IMG/VR virus record: IMGVR_UViG_3300010160_000025
Coordinates: 32,001-96,000 of that record
Strand: one strand, 5' to 3'
DNA from: a virus
DNA length: 64,000 bases
Numbering within the stretch: the stretch's first letter is position 1; each line of letters starts with the position of its first letter. Under the pieces are notes generated by a model. That model searched no databases. It was given only the letters and a program-made list of their open reading frames with translations, and was not told the origin of the DNA. Below are positions 49,801 through 61,300 of the stretch, piece by piece. The translations under genes and the position numbers were made by a program.

Positions 49801-49836
49801 CAAGCCGCCGCAGAACTTGGAGACTTTCCAGGATAA
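46831..49836 (+). CDS. Baseplate hub protein (gp27-like) with an N-terminal lysozyme-like domain
   Basis: N-terminal ESGSNY...GGYQMG..AL...QDKA...LAAS.L.GAG fits a lysozyme/transglycosylase-like fold. C-terminal TILGDPYYL...GLYKI..V.SKF..GKFTQ.L is typical of hub proteins. Lies between gp53 and gp5. Confidence 0.7.
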   Translation: MAATIAGLTPENYEKYRAQRFKDESGSNYIPIDPQATARGLPNGVNRLSYAGGYQMGAQALETVGLLKPGAYAKAGNAAIYDQNNWVGTGGQPKNLNEFLYNSAAQDKAYERYTAVNARTLETVKTPEGTYRLTADTPQEQRAGWLAASSLSGAGAVVKKGLNADSDANGVSPKTPFIAASRAVSGASGVPTTTAAAGGNVAPVTGTVLAEQTLGPRETILPNVDRGTDISATSVANLATTLDVGSNGAGGQEKIKLPIVNPLEKFVSSNCLFTLSSLSADAVNFPDESYRKGLVGKIILSSGGRFSESRVSTAYQPVDNPSGKYDYFIDNVDMLCQITPTPSTKGTNVVTLDFEVTEPYSMGQFLESCQIAAVQNGHTDYTQAPYLLSLEFVGTDGDNTASTVAVRYFPIRMYSINMTITASGCKYQVKSQAWNELALNDNYNFLKADFAISGSTVVEMLQSGPHSLQHLVSSRLLELSTTDEKKPYLPDEIAIVFPTELQTIKQQDPPDNGATSNIKEGTAGGGNVLSRVQLNRDNKTNILVQAEGELSALGKASMNFTLAQGGHDPKKPDDPNWTGEVTIPALSNKKYPRNAYQVNATEKEFVFRKGTSIINAITEVMLMSDYCTSAVTNTPKDGFYDWFRIETQAYITTANKQNENTGVNPKLLVFRVVPYKIHQSLFATPNITGKGYQQLVNEAVKEYNYIYTGKNVDILDFKLTLNNNFGVPLLAQGLGAAAGEALMSRLGQSGAAPSDSIHPYVPSIKGNAKSGGDVATGTAMGLAKVDRWKSSDGSGDADTYKTLVAKHFQARILNLGTEKVQADMTILGDPYYLADSGIGNFTNTNSSSRINVTATGAMDYQSSEVDILINFLTPVDLNVDGSLTFPKDIKTELEIPFSGLYKIISVKSKFEKGKFTQMLNLARRANQNPPGLEAYNAIDQEDKDNGEAMRMRARGATVNPGVQETNNQAQITVAEGEDVVSYAESRDGYLQAAAELGDFPG

Positions 49837-49839
49837 TTT

Positions 49840-51417
49840 ATGATAAACGACACACTTCCAGAAGATTCAAGATCAGAAGAACGGTACTTTGACTACCCGG
49901 GTCCTTACATGGCTCGAGTAATCAGTCACATTGACGCAAAATATATGGGATCGTTGCAAGTTGAATTAATCAATGACGTTGGCAGAGAAGAGCCCGGTAT
50001 TACTGGATCAGTTATTACAGTTAGATACCTAAGTCCGTTTGCAGGGCAAACTAGTATCACTTTTACAAATGAAGAACCTAACGACTACGACAGCACACAA
50101 AAAGCCTATGGTATGTGGATGGTTCCTCCTGATGTAGGAACTATTGTAATGGTTATGTTTGCCTACGGTAATGCGGCAAAAGGATATTGGATTGGTTGCG
50201 CTCCTGACGAATATGTAAACTTTATGGTGCCTGGAATGGCGGCAACATCAACTACAACTGAAGCAGGTAGTGATGAAAGAAAAGTAGTAGCAGAATATAA
50301 TAAGAAAGCAAACAAAGCTCTTTCGCAACCTGATATTACACAGTTACCTAAACCAATACATCCGTTTCATAAAATATTAACAACACAGGGCCTAAACAAA
50401 GACGACACTAGAGGAATTACATCTAGTAGTGCAAGACGAGAATTACCAAGTACTGTGTTTGGAATTAGTACGCCAGGACCAGTTGATAGAAAACCCAATG
50501 CACCAACAGGCGCAATAGGTAAAAAAGAAAGTAGAATTCAAAGTGCATTTGTCAGTCGTCTTGGCGGTACAACATTTGTTATGGATGACGGAGACGAAAG
50601 TTTTATTCGTAAGACTCCTGCAAGCGAAGGCCCACCCGAGTATGTCAGTGTAGAAAACGGCGAAACAGGCGGTCAGCCCGATATTCCTCATAATGAGCTT
50701 GTGCGTATTCGTACTCGCACAGGACATCAAATTTTATTGCATAACAGTGAAGATTTAATTTATATTGGCAATGCCGCAGGTACTACGTGGATAGAATTAA
50801 CCAGTATGGGAAAAATAGATATCTATGCACAAGACAGCGTTAGTATTCATACAGAAAAAGATATAAACATCAAGGCAGATCAAGATATTAACATGGACGC
50901 TGGCAGGAATGTTAATATTCGATCAGGCGCAAAACATAATGTTGAAGTGGGTTCTATACATAGTTTGATAGTTGGAGCAGATCAAAAAATATCTGTTGTA
51001 GGTACAAAGAATGAAAGCATTGGCGCTAATAGGAATACTAGCGTTACTGGATCAACTAGTGAAGCTATTGGCCAAGCATTTAATTTACAAACTGGTTCTA
51101 ATGTAAAAGTAACATCAGGAGCAGATATTGCCTTACTATCCGCCGGCGGAAATAAATTTACATCCGGAAAAACCACTTCAATCAACGGCGGAGCAAATAT
51201 CAACCTTACCAGTGGCGCTAAAATTAACTTAAACGGGCCATTAGCCGAAGCCGCAACCGCTGCCAGCATAACAGATGCAGTACAACCAGATGCATTGGCC
51301 ATTGTAGTAGCAAGAACACCCATGCACGAACCGTGGGACGGCCATGAAAATCTACACGGACAAGACCCGTTGAAGTATACCACTTCAACAGATACATTTA
51401 GAAAAATTAGCAAATAA
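49840..51417 (+). CDS. gp5: Baseplate central spike (gp5/VgrG-like) without a lysozyme domain
   Basis: OB-fold WMVPPDVG..V.V.F..G.....YWIG, RIRTRTGHQI, and beta-helix repeats (e.g. VGADQKISVVG). Confidence 0.8.
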   Translation: MINDTLPEDSRSEERYFDYPGPYMARVISHIDAKYMGSLQVELINDVGREEPGITGSVITVRYLSPFAGQTSITFTNEEPNDYDSTQKAYGMWMVPPDVGTIVMVMFAYGNAAKGYWIGCAPDEYVNFMVPGMAATSTTTEAGSDERKVVAEYNKKANKALSQPDITQLPKPIHPFHKILTTQGLNKDDTRGITSSSARRELPSTVFGISTPGPVDRKPNAPTGAIGKKESRIQSAFVSRLGGTTFVMDDGDESFIRKTPASEGPPEYVSVENGETGGQPDIPHNELVRIRTRTGHQILLHNSEDLIYIGNAAGTTWIELTSMGKIDIYAQDSVSIHTEKDINIKADQDINMDAGRNVNIRSGAKHNVEVGSIHSLIVGADQKISVVGTKNESIGANRNTSVTGSTSEAIGQAFNLQTGSNVKVTSGADIALLSAGGNKFTSGKTTSINGGANINLTSGAKINLNGPLAEAATAASITDAVQPDALAIVVARTPMHEPWDGHENLHGQDPLKYTTSTDTFRKISK

Positions 51418-51420
51418 ATA
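51413..51420 (+). promoter_or_regulatory. Late promoter AATAAATA, 5 nt before the gp25 ATG
   Basis: Overlaps the gp5 stop codon; AATAAATA-CTACT-ATG. Confidence 0.7.
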
Positions 51421-51425
51421 CTACT

Positions 51426-51869
51426 ATGAGCATAGAAAAATCACTATACACTAGAACAGTTGTTCCTGAAGTTAGGAAGACCACAGCACCTCCGTTGAGT
51501 AAAACCTACAGGGGACTTAGCACAGTGGGCAATCCAACTGGCAACTTTGCTCTATATGATCTAGCACTAATCAAGCAGGATATTATCAATCACTTTCATA
51601 TTCGCTATGGAGAGCGCCTAGAGAATCCAAATTTTGGAACTATTATTTGGGATCTATTGTTTGACCCGTTAACTAACGAAGTCAAAAATCTAATAGTACA
51701 AAATGTGTCTGCTATTATCAACTACGACCCCAGGGTCCGAGTTCAAAATGTCATAGTAAGCGAATACGAAAGTGGCATACAAATAGAGTGTGAGCTAACA
51801 TATTTGATATACAATATATCAGAAAATCTACGATTTAAGTTTGACAAAGACAACAGTCTACTCGGTTAA
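51426..51869 (+). CDS. gp25: Baseplate wedge protein (gp25-like)
   Basis: IKQDIINHF....GER..NP.FG..IW.LLFDP, I..DPRV motifs. Confidence 0.9.
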   Translation: MSIEKSLYTRTVVPEVRKTTAPPLSKTYRGLSTVGNPTGNFALYDLALIKQDIINHFHIRYGERLENPNFGTIIWDLLFDPLTNEVKNLIVQNVSAIINYDPRVRVQNVIVSEYESGIQIECELTYLIYNISENLRFKFDKDNSLLG

Positions 51870-51892
51870 TAAACTGCCCACTTTATCTATAC

Positions 51893-51900
51893 GATAAATA
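51893..51900 (+). promoter_or_regulatory. Late promoter GATAAATA for gp6 and the gp7-like gene
   Basis: Intergenic, upstream of a GAGGA SD. Confidence 0.7.
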
Positions 51901-51919
51901 TCTATAATGAGGACTGAGT

Positions 51920-54900
51920 ATGTCAAGTATAGATAGACAAAACAAATTGATTGCGGCAGAGGACTGGAAAAAGGTATATCAGAGCTTTAAAAATGCTGAT
52001 TTTAAAAGCTATGATTTCGACAATCTACGTCGAACAATGATCACGTATCTTCGTGAAAACTATCCAGAAGATTTCAACGACTATATTGAATCTAGCGAAT
52101 ATCTAGCCTTAATTGATTTAATTGCCTTTCTTGGACAAAACTTAGCCTTCCGTTTTGATCTAAATGCCCGTGAAAACTTTTTAGAACTTGCTGATCGTCG
52201 TGAAAGTGTACTACGTTTAGCACGTCTGCTCAGCTACAACCCTAAAAGAAACCAATGTGCTAACGGATTGTTAAAATTTAGTTCAGTAAGAACTAGTGAA
52301 GCTATTATAGACAGTAACGGTCGAAGCCTTGCTAATCAAACTATTGTATGGAATGATAGTGCAAACACCAATTGGCACGAACAATTTATTAAAGTATTAA
52401 ACGCCGCCTTGCCGTCAACTGGGCAGTTTGGAAGGCCCCAAGATTCAGGAACAGTTGCTGGAATTAGAACACAACAATATCGATTTAACGCAACCAACAC
52501 AGATGCTCCAATTTATGGATTTACCAAAAACATTGACGGTAGAAACATGAATTTTGAAATAGTATCTTGTGCAATTAAAAATTCCTTAAACATCTATGAA
52601 GAGCCACCAATGCCTGGAACTAACTTGGCATTTTTATATCGTGACGATGGCGGTGGATCTCCAAGTACCAATACTGGTTTCTTTGTACACTTCCGTCAAG
52701 GTAGTTTAAATCAAGGAACATTTTCTATTCTACGTCCAAGTACTAACGAAACAGTGGACTTGGATAGTTCTAACATCAACAATTCAGATATCTGGTTATA
52801 CAGTTTAGACAGTGCAGGACTATTATCACAAGAGTGGACAAAAGTTGATGCAGTTGAAGGCAACAACATTATATACAATTCTCTTTCTAAGAGTATTAGA
52901 AAAATATTTTCAGTAATCACACGAACCGGAGATCGAGTTCGTTTGAACTTTGCAGACGGCACATTTGGTGATTTACCTCAAGGTAATTTTAGAGTTTATT
53001 ATCGAGTAAGTAACGGATACGAATATGCAATCAGTCCGTCTAACATTAAAAATGTATCATTTAATATTTCGTATATTAGTAATAAATCTGGAAAGCAAGA
53101 AACACTAACTATCACAGCCGGATTAAACTATACTGTTCAAAATGCATCAGCTAGTGAAACAAATAACAGCATTAAAACTAATGCTCCAGCAACGTACTAT
53201 ACACAAAATAGAATGATAACCGGAGAAGACTATAATGTATTTCCGTTAAGTGTTAACCAAGAAATAATTAAAGTAAAATCAGTTAACCGAGTCAGCTCAG
53301 GTATTAGTAGATATTTTGACTTAAAAGATACCACCGGAAAATACAGCAATACTAATTTGTTTGGAACCGACGGAATACTGTATAAAGAACCCATTACTGG
53401 AAGTTTTAAATTTTCCTATAACACTAGAACTGATATTGAAAATGCAGTATTAAATCAAATCGAACCTGTGCTTGCTAGTCGTACAATTAAAGATTATTAT
53501 TTAGACAGCTATGCATTTATATCGTTGGGGGTTGCCTTTTCTTCTTTTACACAAGTTACTTCCGGCACAAATATATCAACGGGTTATATTAATGATAACA
53601 CCCAGGTTAATGCAATTAAAAAATTAGGATCTGCAACATTTTCAAATTTACGATATATAATTCCAGGAGCAATGTTAAAATTTACGCCACCCCCTGGGAA
53701 ACTATTCAGTGCAGATAACAAACTCATTGACGAAGCAGGGGCACCAGTATCTGCTAAAACAGGAATTTGGACAAAAGTTGTACAAATAGTCGGAGACGGT
53801 ACAGCAAAAAATAGCGGCATACTGGCAAATGGATTAGGACCAGTAACATTAAACGAAATTGTTCCATCGGGCGCAGTATGCGATACTGCGGTACCTAAAT
53901 TTGTTACGTCACTTGAAGATAGTGTTAAGAACAAAATTATTGATCTAATTGCCGCTAATAAGAATTTTGCTTTAAGATATGATAGTGCAGATACTGTATG
54001 GAAAATTATTACAGAATCTAATATTGATAAAAAATCTGCATTCAGCTTAGGAAAAACTGGCGACTCTAGTAATCAACAGTTAGATGCAAGTTGGATAATT
54101 TTATTTGAAACTGATGGTACGTCTTACCTTGCAACTTATCGCGGCTTAAGATATGTATTTGAAAGTGCTAAAGAAATGAGATTTTTCTTTGATAGCACTT
54201 CTAAAGTTTACGATCCAACTAACGGAAAAGTAATTAGAGATAAAATCTCAGTAATGAGTATCAATACACGCCCCGATTTATTGGCCGCATTTAATCAAAA
54301 TTTTGATTGGGAAATTATTGATGAATATTTAGGCAGTGACGGTTACATAGATACTAAAAAGATTTCTATTAGCTTTTTTGACAGTAACGAGGACGGTATA
54401 GTTGACGATCCAGAATTATTTAAAAACATTGTTAGTCCTTCAACAAATATTACGTCTAAATTTATTTTTCAAAAGCGTCAAGTAGCACTGGACGGTTCAA
54501 CTGATTTCTATTACATTGAAAATACTAACGATTTAATTAAAGTATATCTAAGCCAAGAAGCAGTTCCGTTAACATTAGACGACGGACAATTAATATACAT
54601 TATCAAAGAAAATTTAGTTAAGTCATTTAATAAATCATCAACTAATTTTACAATCACTAATGAGTACAGAGGTTTCTCAGGCAGAGATAGTTTAAAATTC
54701 CATTATATACATGCCGCAGATAACTCAGCAAGATTAGACCCAGCCGCTACAAATATAATAGATATTTTTATGTTAACTAAAACATATGATGTTTTATATC
54801 GTCGCTGGCTTGCAGGAGATGTAACAACTAAACCATTACCACCAAGTAGTGACGCATTATATACTAATTTTAGTATGGACATAAACAAGGTAAAATCAAT

Positions 54901-55354
54901 AAGTGATGAAATAGTTTATCATCCTGCAAAATACAAACCATTATTTGGTAAGCATGCCGCCTCTAGTCTTCAAGGCACATTTAAAGTAGTAAAAAATTCT
55001 AATGTAGTTATAAGTGATAACGATATTAAATCAGGAGTCATTACTGCAATTAATGAATTTTTTGCTTTAGAAAATTGGGAGTTTGGCGACACATTCTACT
55101 TTGGAGAACTGTCGGCGTACATTATTCGCAAGCTAAGTCCTAATCTAGTAAACATAGTAATAGTACCAAAACAGCAGAACTTGGCATTTGGTAGTTTATT
55201 TGAAATAACATCAAATGCTGACGAACTATTAATTAGTTCAGCTACTGTTGACGATATTGAAATTATTTCAGAAATTACCGCGGCAAGGATCAATTCAAGC
55301 GGCACAGTACTAACATCAATCCCGTTAAACAACAATGACATCACAAGTGCGTAA
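51920..55354 (+). CDS. gp6: Baseplate wedge protein (gp6-like)
   Basis: DFD.LR..MI.YL.....E.FND..ESS, ENFLELA.RRESV.RLA..L.YNP, F.DG.FG..P, SIK..AP..Y..QNR.IT.EDY. Confidence 0.9.
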   Translation: MSSIDRQNKLIAAEDWKKVYQSFKNADFKSYDFDNLRRTMITYLRENYPEDFNDYIESSEYLALIDLIAFLGQNLAFRFDLNARENFLELADRRESVLRLARLLSYNPKRNQCANGLLKFSSVRTSEAIIDSNGRSLANQTIVWNDSANTNWHEQFIKVLNAALPSTGQFGRPQDSGTVAGIRTQQYRFNATNTDAPIYGFTKNIDGRNMNFEIVSCAIKNSLNIYEEPPMPGTNLAFLYRDDGGGSPSTNTGFFVHFRQGSLNQGTFSILRPSTNETVDLDSSNINNSDIWLYSLDSAGLLSQEWTKVDAVEGNNIIYNSLSKSIRKIFSVITRTGDRVRLNFADGTFGDLPQGNFRVYYRVSNGYEYAISPSNIKNVSFNISYISNKSGKQETLTITAGLNYTVQNASASETNNSIKTNAPATYYTQNRMITGEDYNVFPLSVNQEIIKVKSVNRVSSGISRYFDLKDTTGKYSNTNLFGTDGILYKEPITGSFKFSYNTRTDIENAVLNQIEPVLASRTIKDYYLDSYAFISLGVAFSSFTQVTSGTNISTGYINDNTQVNAIKKLGSATFSNLRYIIPGAMLKFTPPPGKLFSADNKLIDEAGAPVSAKTGIWTKVVQIVGDGTAKNSGILANGLGPVTLNEIVPSGAVCDTAVPKFVTSLEDSVKNKIIDLIAANKNFALRYDSADTVWKIITESNIDKKSAFSLGKTGDSSNQQLDASWIILFETDGTSYLATYRGLRYVFESAKEMRFFFDSTSKVYDPTNGKVIRDKISVMSINTRPDLLAAFNQNFDWEIIDEYLGSDGYIDTKKISISFFDSNEDGIVDDPELFKNIVSPSTNITSKFIFQKRQVALDGSTDFYYIENTNDLIKVYLSQEAVPLTLDDGQLIYIIKENLVKSFNKSSTNFTITNEYRGFSGRDSLKFHYIHAADNSARLDPAATNIIDIFMLTKTYDVLYRRWLAGDVTTKPLPPSSDALYTNFSMDINKVKSISDEIVYHPAKYKPLFGKHAASSLQGTFKVVKNSNVVISDNDIKSGVITAINEFFALENWEFGDTFYFGELSAYIIRKLSPNLVNIVIVPKQQNLAFGSLFEITSNADELLISSATVDDIEIISEITAARINSSGTVLTSIPLNNNDITSA

Positions 55355-55368
55355 AGAAGGAATATTTC

Positions 55369-58300
55369 ATGGCATTCGATAACAACCAACAAGAATCAGC
55401 GTTACCTATTGGCGACAATAATAAAAGAACGTCATTAGATTTTCTTCCCAAGTATTACAGAACTTCCGTAAATCAAAAGTTCTTGAGTGCTACAGTTGAT
55501 CAAATGATCAACGAGGGAACTGTTGGAAAAATAAACGCTTTTATTGGTCGTAAAAACACACCAGCATTTACTTCGGCAGACAAGTATCTAGGAGAAGTTA
55601 GTGTTGATAGAGCCGCATACCAACTTGAGCCGGCTATTGTTTCTAAAGACTCTTTAGATAATGTTACTTTTTTTAAAGATTATAATGACTATATTAATCA
55701 ATTAAATTTCTTTGCAGGAACCACTTTAGATCATAGTAAAGTTAACAGTGAAGAATATTATGCATGGAATCCTCATATAGACTGGGATAAATTTGTTAAC
55801 TATAGAGAATACTACTGGTTACCTAACGGCCCACAACCAATTACAGTTTTAGGACAGTCAACAGAAATTAATAGTACATATACTGTTAAGTTAGTTGACG
55901 AAGTTGATAATATTTCTTATTTGTTTACCCCTGATGGACTAACAGCAAATCCTAAATTTAAATTGTATCGAGGACAAACATATACTTTTGAAATAGATTG
56001 CGAAGACCGTCCGTTTGCATTTAAGACAGTTAGAACAATAGGTGATGCAGATTTATATACTAATGGAATTACAATAAGAAATAATAAAAATGTAATTGTT
56101 CCTTCTACCACCCATGTTAAGAAAGGGTCTATTGAATTTACAGTACCATTAGATGCTCCTAATATTTTGTATTATGTTAGCGAAACTGATATAAACACTT
56201 CAGGATATTTTACAATTTTTAATATTACTGACTCGACACACATAGAAATTGATAGTGAAATTATAGGTAAAAAATATTATACTACCGGTAGCGGAACTAC
56301 ATTATCTAACGGAATGAAGTTGTCTTTTTCTGGACAAGTAACTCCGTCAATATATGCAACTGGTAATTGGTACGTTGAAGGTGTTGGTGTTGCAATTAGA
56401 CTAGTAGCAGAAAAAGATCTTGAAACACCGTCAGCATATACTTCTGATTTAGAAATTGAATTTGATAATGAAAATTTTGATACACAAGGATTTGACGTAA
56501 ACAATAATTTCCCTGCAAGCAAAGATTATATTGTTATTAATAGAAGCAGTGCAGATAGAAATCCCTGGAGTCGTCATAATCGATGGTTTCACAGAAATTT
56601 AATTGAAGCATCAGCATCAGCAAATAATCAACCGTTAATTTTAGATCAGAATGCAAGAGCTAAACGCCCAATCATTGAATTTAACTCAAATGTTCAATTA
56701 TGGAATTTTGGTCGAATTGCTAAAAAAAATGTAACTTTAGTTGATACATTTACTGAAGATGTATTTTCTACAATTGAAGGTAGTTACGGATATAATATTG
56801 ATAAGGTTAATCTAGTTGAAGGTATGCGTGTATTGTTTACCGCAGACACTGACATTAGAGTTTCAGGAAGAATATTTACAGTAAGTTTTATAACACATTT
56901 GGGACAACGCAGAATTACACTATTGCCTACAGATGATACTGACCCACAAGCCGGCGAAACTGTTCTAGTAACAGAAGGAAGTAGTTATAGAGGTACCATG
57001 TTCCATTACATGGACGGTACATGGATGCAAAGCCAAGACAAGACTACTATAAATCAAAGCCCATTATTTGAAGTAGTTGACCCTACAGGAACTAGTTATG
57101 GAAATACAACAAAGTATCCTGGTACTACATTTAAAGGAACAAAAATATTCAGTTATCAAACAGGCACCACATACGATACTGAATTAGGGTTTGATATTAC
57201 ATATAGAAATATTGGCAACTTTGGAGACATTGTTTTCAATTTTAATCTTCATACTGACAAACATACCTATCAAAGCAGTACAAATCTAGTAGAACCGATT
57301 GATATAGAACTTGGTTACCTGCGTATTAATAATACGTTAACTTCTTATGATCACGCCAATGGGTGGACTATTGCTAATACAAAAACTAAACAATTTGTTG
57401 TTAGACAATATGTAATTGATCAAGTACGTAATATGTTTTTAATTGATGTATACGCAGACAGTGGCCTATTAACTGATTTAACAGTTAAAGTATATCTAAA
57501 CGGACATAGAAAATACGATACTGATTATACAATCACTGTTATTAATAAGAAAGCCTATGTTGAATTCTTTAAAGATTTATCTGTTGATGATGTATTAATA
57601 GTTAAAACAAATTCTTCCGCACCAAAAATTAATGGCTATTTTGAATTTCCTTCTAATCTAGAACACAATCCTCAAAATTTAAATTTAGACACTTTTACTC
57701 TAGGTGAAATTAATAATCATGTAAGTTCAATTGCAGACAATATTGACAAGTTTATTGGTACAATCCCTGGCTCTGCTAGTCTTCGAGATTTAGGAAATAT
57801 TACTCCGTTAGGAACAAAGATTGTGCAACATTCTGCACCACTGTTACCTATAGCATATCATATTACTAATAAAAATTATAATGTAATTAATGCATTAAAA
57901 ACAGCCAGACTTGATTATGCAAAATTCAAAAGAAATGTATTACGCAAAGCAACTGATTACGGATATGATGGCGTAACAAGAATTCACTTAGATTTAATTT
58001 TAAAAGAAGTGGTTAAGGACTTTACAAAAGATAGTCCGTATTATCTAAGCGACATGATACCTGCAGGTCCTAATTTTATTTTTGAACAAGAAATAATTGA
58101 TAACTCAATTACTGAATATCCATTAACTTTTGATTTTAATCTAACCACTGTTAGTGAACGTGCTGTACTTGTTTACGTAAACGACGAACTATTAGTTTAC
58201 GGTAAAGATTATGAATTTATTGACGTTAATTTTGTAAAAATCTTATCAACAATTGCGTCTGGCGACAATTTAAAAATTGTTCAATACGGAAAAACGGACG

Positions 58301-61300
58301 GCTGTTTCTTGCCGCCAACTCCGACAAAATATGGATTGTATCCTAAATTTGAACCACAGATTTTTATTGATACTACCTATCAAAATCCAACTAAAGTTAT
58401 TCAAGGCCACGACGGTAGTATAACTATTGCGTTTAATGATTTTAGAGATGATTTATTATTAGAATTTGAACGTAGAATCTATAACAATATTAAAATTGCA
58501 TATGATACAAAGTTATTTGATATCTATGATTTTGTTCCGGGGTACAATAGAACTACTGATCTAACATTCGATGATATTAATAACATTATGGCAGGAGATT
58601 TCTTGCACTGGTCAAATTTAATAGCTGATGATTATACCAAACACTCTTTCTTTGTACGTAGTAATCCAAAAACCTACAACTACCGAGAATTTAGATCATC
58701 TACTGGTACAGAACTTCCAGGATTTTGGAGAGGTATATTTAAATTAGTATACGATACTGATCGACCACATACACATCCCTGGGAAATGCTAGGATTAAGT
58801 ATTAAACCAACATGGTGGGAAACTACCTACGGTCCGGCACCATATACTAGCAATAACTTAATTCTATGGAATGATTTAGCTGCCGGTATAATTAGAAATC
58901 CTAGTACTAATTTTGTTAAGAACACTAAGTTTGTAAGACCACAGTTGTTATCAATGTTGCCGGTAAACGAAGACGGCGAACTACTAGCACCTAGCAATAT
59001 TGGTATTATTGACGGCTACACATCTTCATTAATTGAAGGAGAGTTTAGGTTTGGAGACCAAGCTCCTGTCGAATCAGCATGGAGACGTAGTGCAGAATAT
59101 CCATTTTCTTTAATAACAGCGTTAACTATACTACGACCTGCGCAAGTATTTTCCAGCTGTTTTGATCGTGTTCGACAATACAGAGATGATACAAATCAAT
59201 TAGTTTATAAAGTTACTAACGGAAATTTAAGATTTAATGTTACCAATTTAATTACTCCTAGCACCGCAGATAGTACATCAAGAGTATATACTGCTGGCTT
59301 AATAAACTATATTACTGATTATATTATTGGAAGACAGTCTCTTTCAGAAATTCCTGTTTATAAAAACGAATTAACAAATTTAATAGTTCGCTTATCAAGT
59401 AAACTTGGTGGATTTACTACTAAAGAAAAATTTAAATTAATATTAGATAGTCGTAATCCTTTAAACACAGGCAATGTGTTCATTCCTGAAGAAAATTATA
59501 ATATTATACTTAATACCAGCAGTCCAGTGTCGTCTGTTGATTATAGCGCAGTAATTATAGAAAAAGCAACAACCGGATTTATTATTAGAGGTTATAATAA
59601 ATTTTTACCAGCATTTAAATATTTCAAACCATTAATTATTAATAATGACGCTGAAATTAATGTAGGCGGTGTATCTGCTAGTTTTACTACTTGGATTGCT
59701 AATCAGTATTATACTAAAGATAAAATTGTATTTTTTAATAATCAATATTATAGAGCAACAGTATCACATCAAGCATCATCAGTATTTGAAATAAAATATT
59801 TTGCTAAGTTGCCGTCGTTGCCGTTAACTGGCGGTAGACAAATTGTTATTAGAACAAAATTTAATGATACAGTTTCTACATTACATTATGGTGCTGAGTT
59901 ACGAACTATTCAAGAAGTAGTTGATTTTCTATTAGGCTACGGTGCTTATTTAAAATCAATCGGCATGCTATTTGAAAATTTTAATTCTACCATCAGAACA
60001 ATAACAGATTTTCAAACTAGTGCAAAAGAATTTGCATTTTGGACTACACAAAATTGGTCACTCGGCGCAGTAATAAGTGTAAGCCCGTGTGCTGAAGAAG
60101 TTAAATTTAATCAAAAATATTCTGTAGTTGACAATATATATGACAATTTTTATGAGTATTCAATATTAAAACAAGACGGTGCGGCGCTGTCTTCATTGTA
60201 TACAGGTAATACTAGAGAAGGTAACCTATTCACACTATCACCTAAAAATACTGCTGATGGTATATATCATGCTACTTTAAATTTAGTACAAAAAGAACAC
60301 GTATTAATTTTAGATAACACTACTATATTCAATGATGTGATTTATGATCAGATACAAGGATATAGACAAGAACGTATCAAAGTGGTTGGTTATAGAACAA
60401 CTAACTGGAATGGCGATTTTGATATTCCTGGATTTATTTACGATCGTGCAATAGTTAAATTTTGGAAAGTATGGACTGATTATAAATTAGGTGATACTGT
60501 TAAGTACAAAGAATTTTATTATAGTGCAAAGGCTAATGTTCCAGGCAGCGAAACGTTTGACTACTCTGAATGGAATAAATTAGAAGCTAGACCAGAACCT
60601 AAGTTAATTCCTAACTGGGACTATCGAGCCAATCAGTTTCCTGATTTCTACGACTTAGATACTGATAGTTTTGATTTAAACCAGCAAAAATTTGCACAGC
60701 ATCTTATTGGCTACCAAAAGCGTCAGTATCTTGAAAATATCATTAACGATGATGTAAGCCAATACAAGTTCTATCAAGGATTCATTACTGAAAAAGGCAC
60801 TGAAAATAGTTTTGCTAAATTGTTTGATGCTCTAAGTACTAGCACTAAAGAAAGTTTAGAGTTTTATGAAGAGTGGGCAATCCGTGTTGGACAGTACGGA
60901 GCCAATGCCGGCTTTGATGAAGTTGAGTTTAGACTGGACGAGGTTAAATTTTTAATTAATCCTCAACCAGTTGAGCTGGTAAAATCTATTGATAATTCTT
61001 TATTAGATTTTGTTTATAGAATTTTACCTGACCAAGTTTACTTAAAGAGTAAAACATATTCACACAGCCCATTTGAAACACATCAGTTGTCAAATTATTA
61101 TGTATCAACTGCGGGATATGTTAATGCTGAAGATGTTGAATACAAATTAAACACTATAGAAGAAATATTTTCTGTCAATATAAACAAATTAAATGACGGA
61201 TATTATTTCTGGATTGCTAGCGATAAAAATACTTGGAATGTTTATAGATTTACATTATTTGAAAACTTAGTTAGAAAAGTTTCAATTATACAAAATACTA

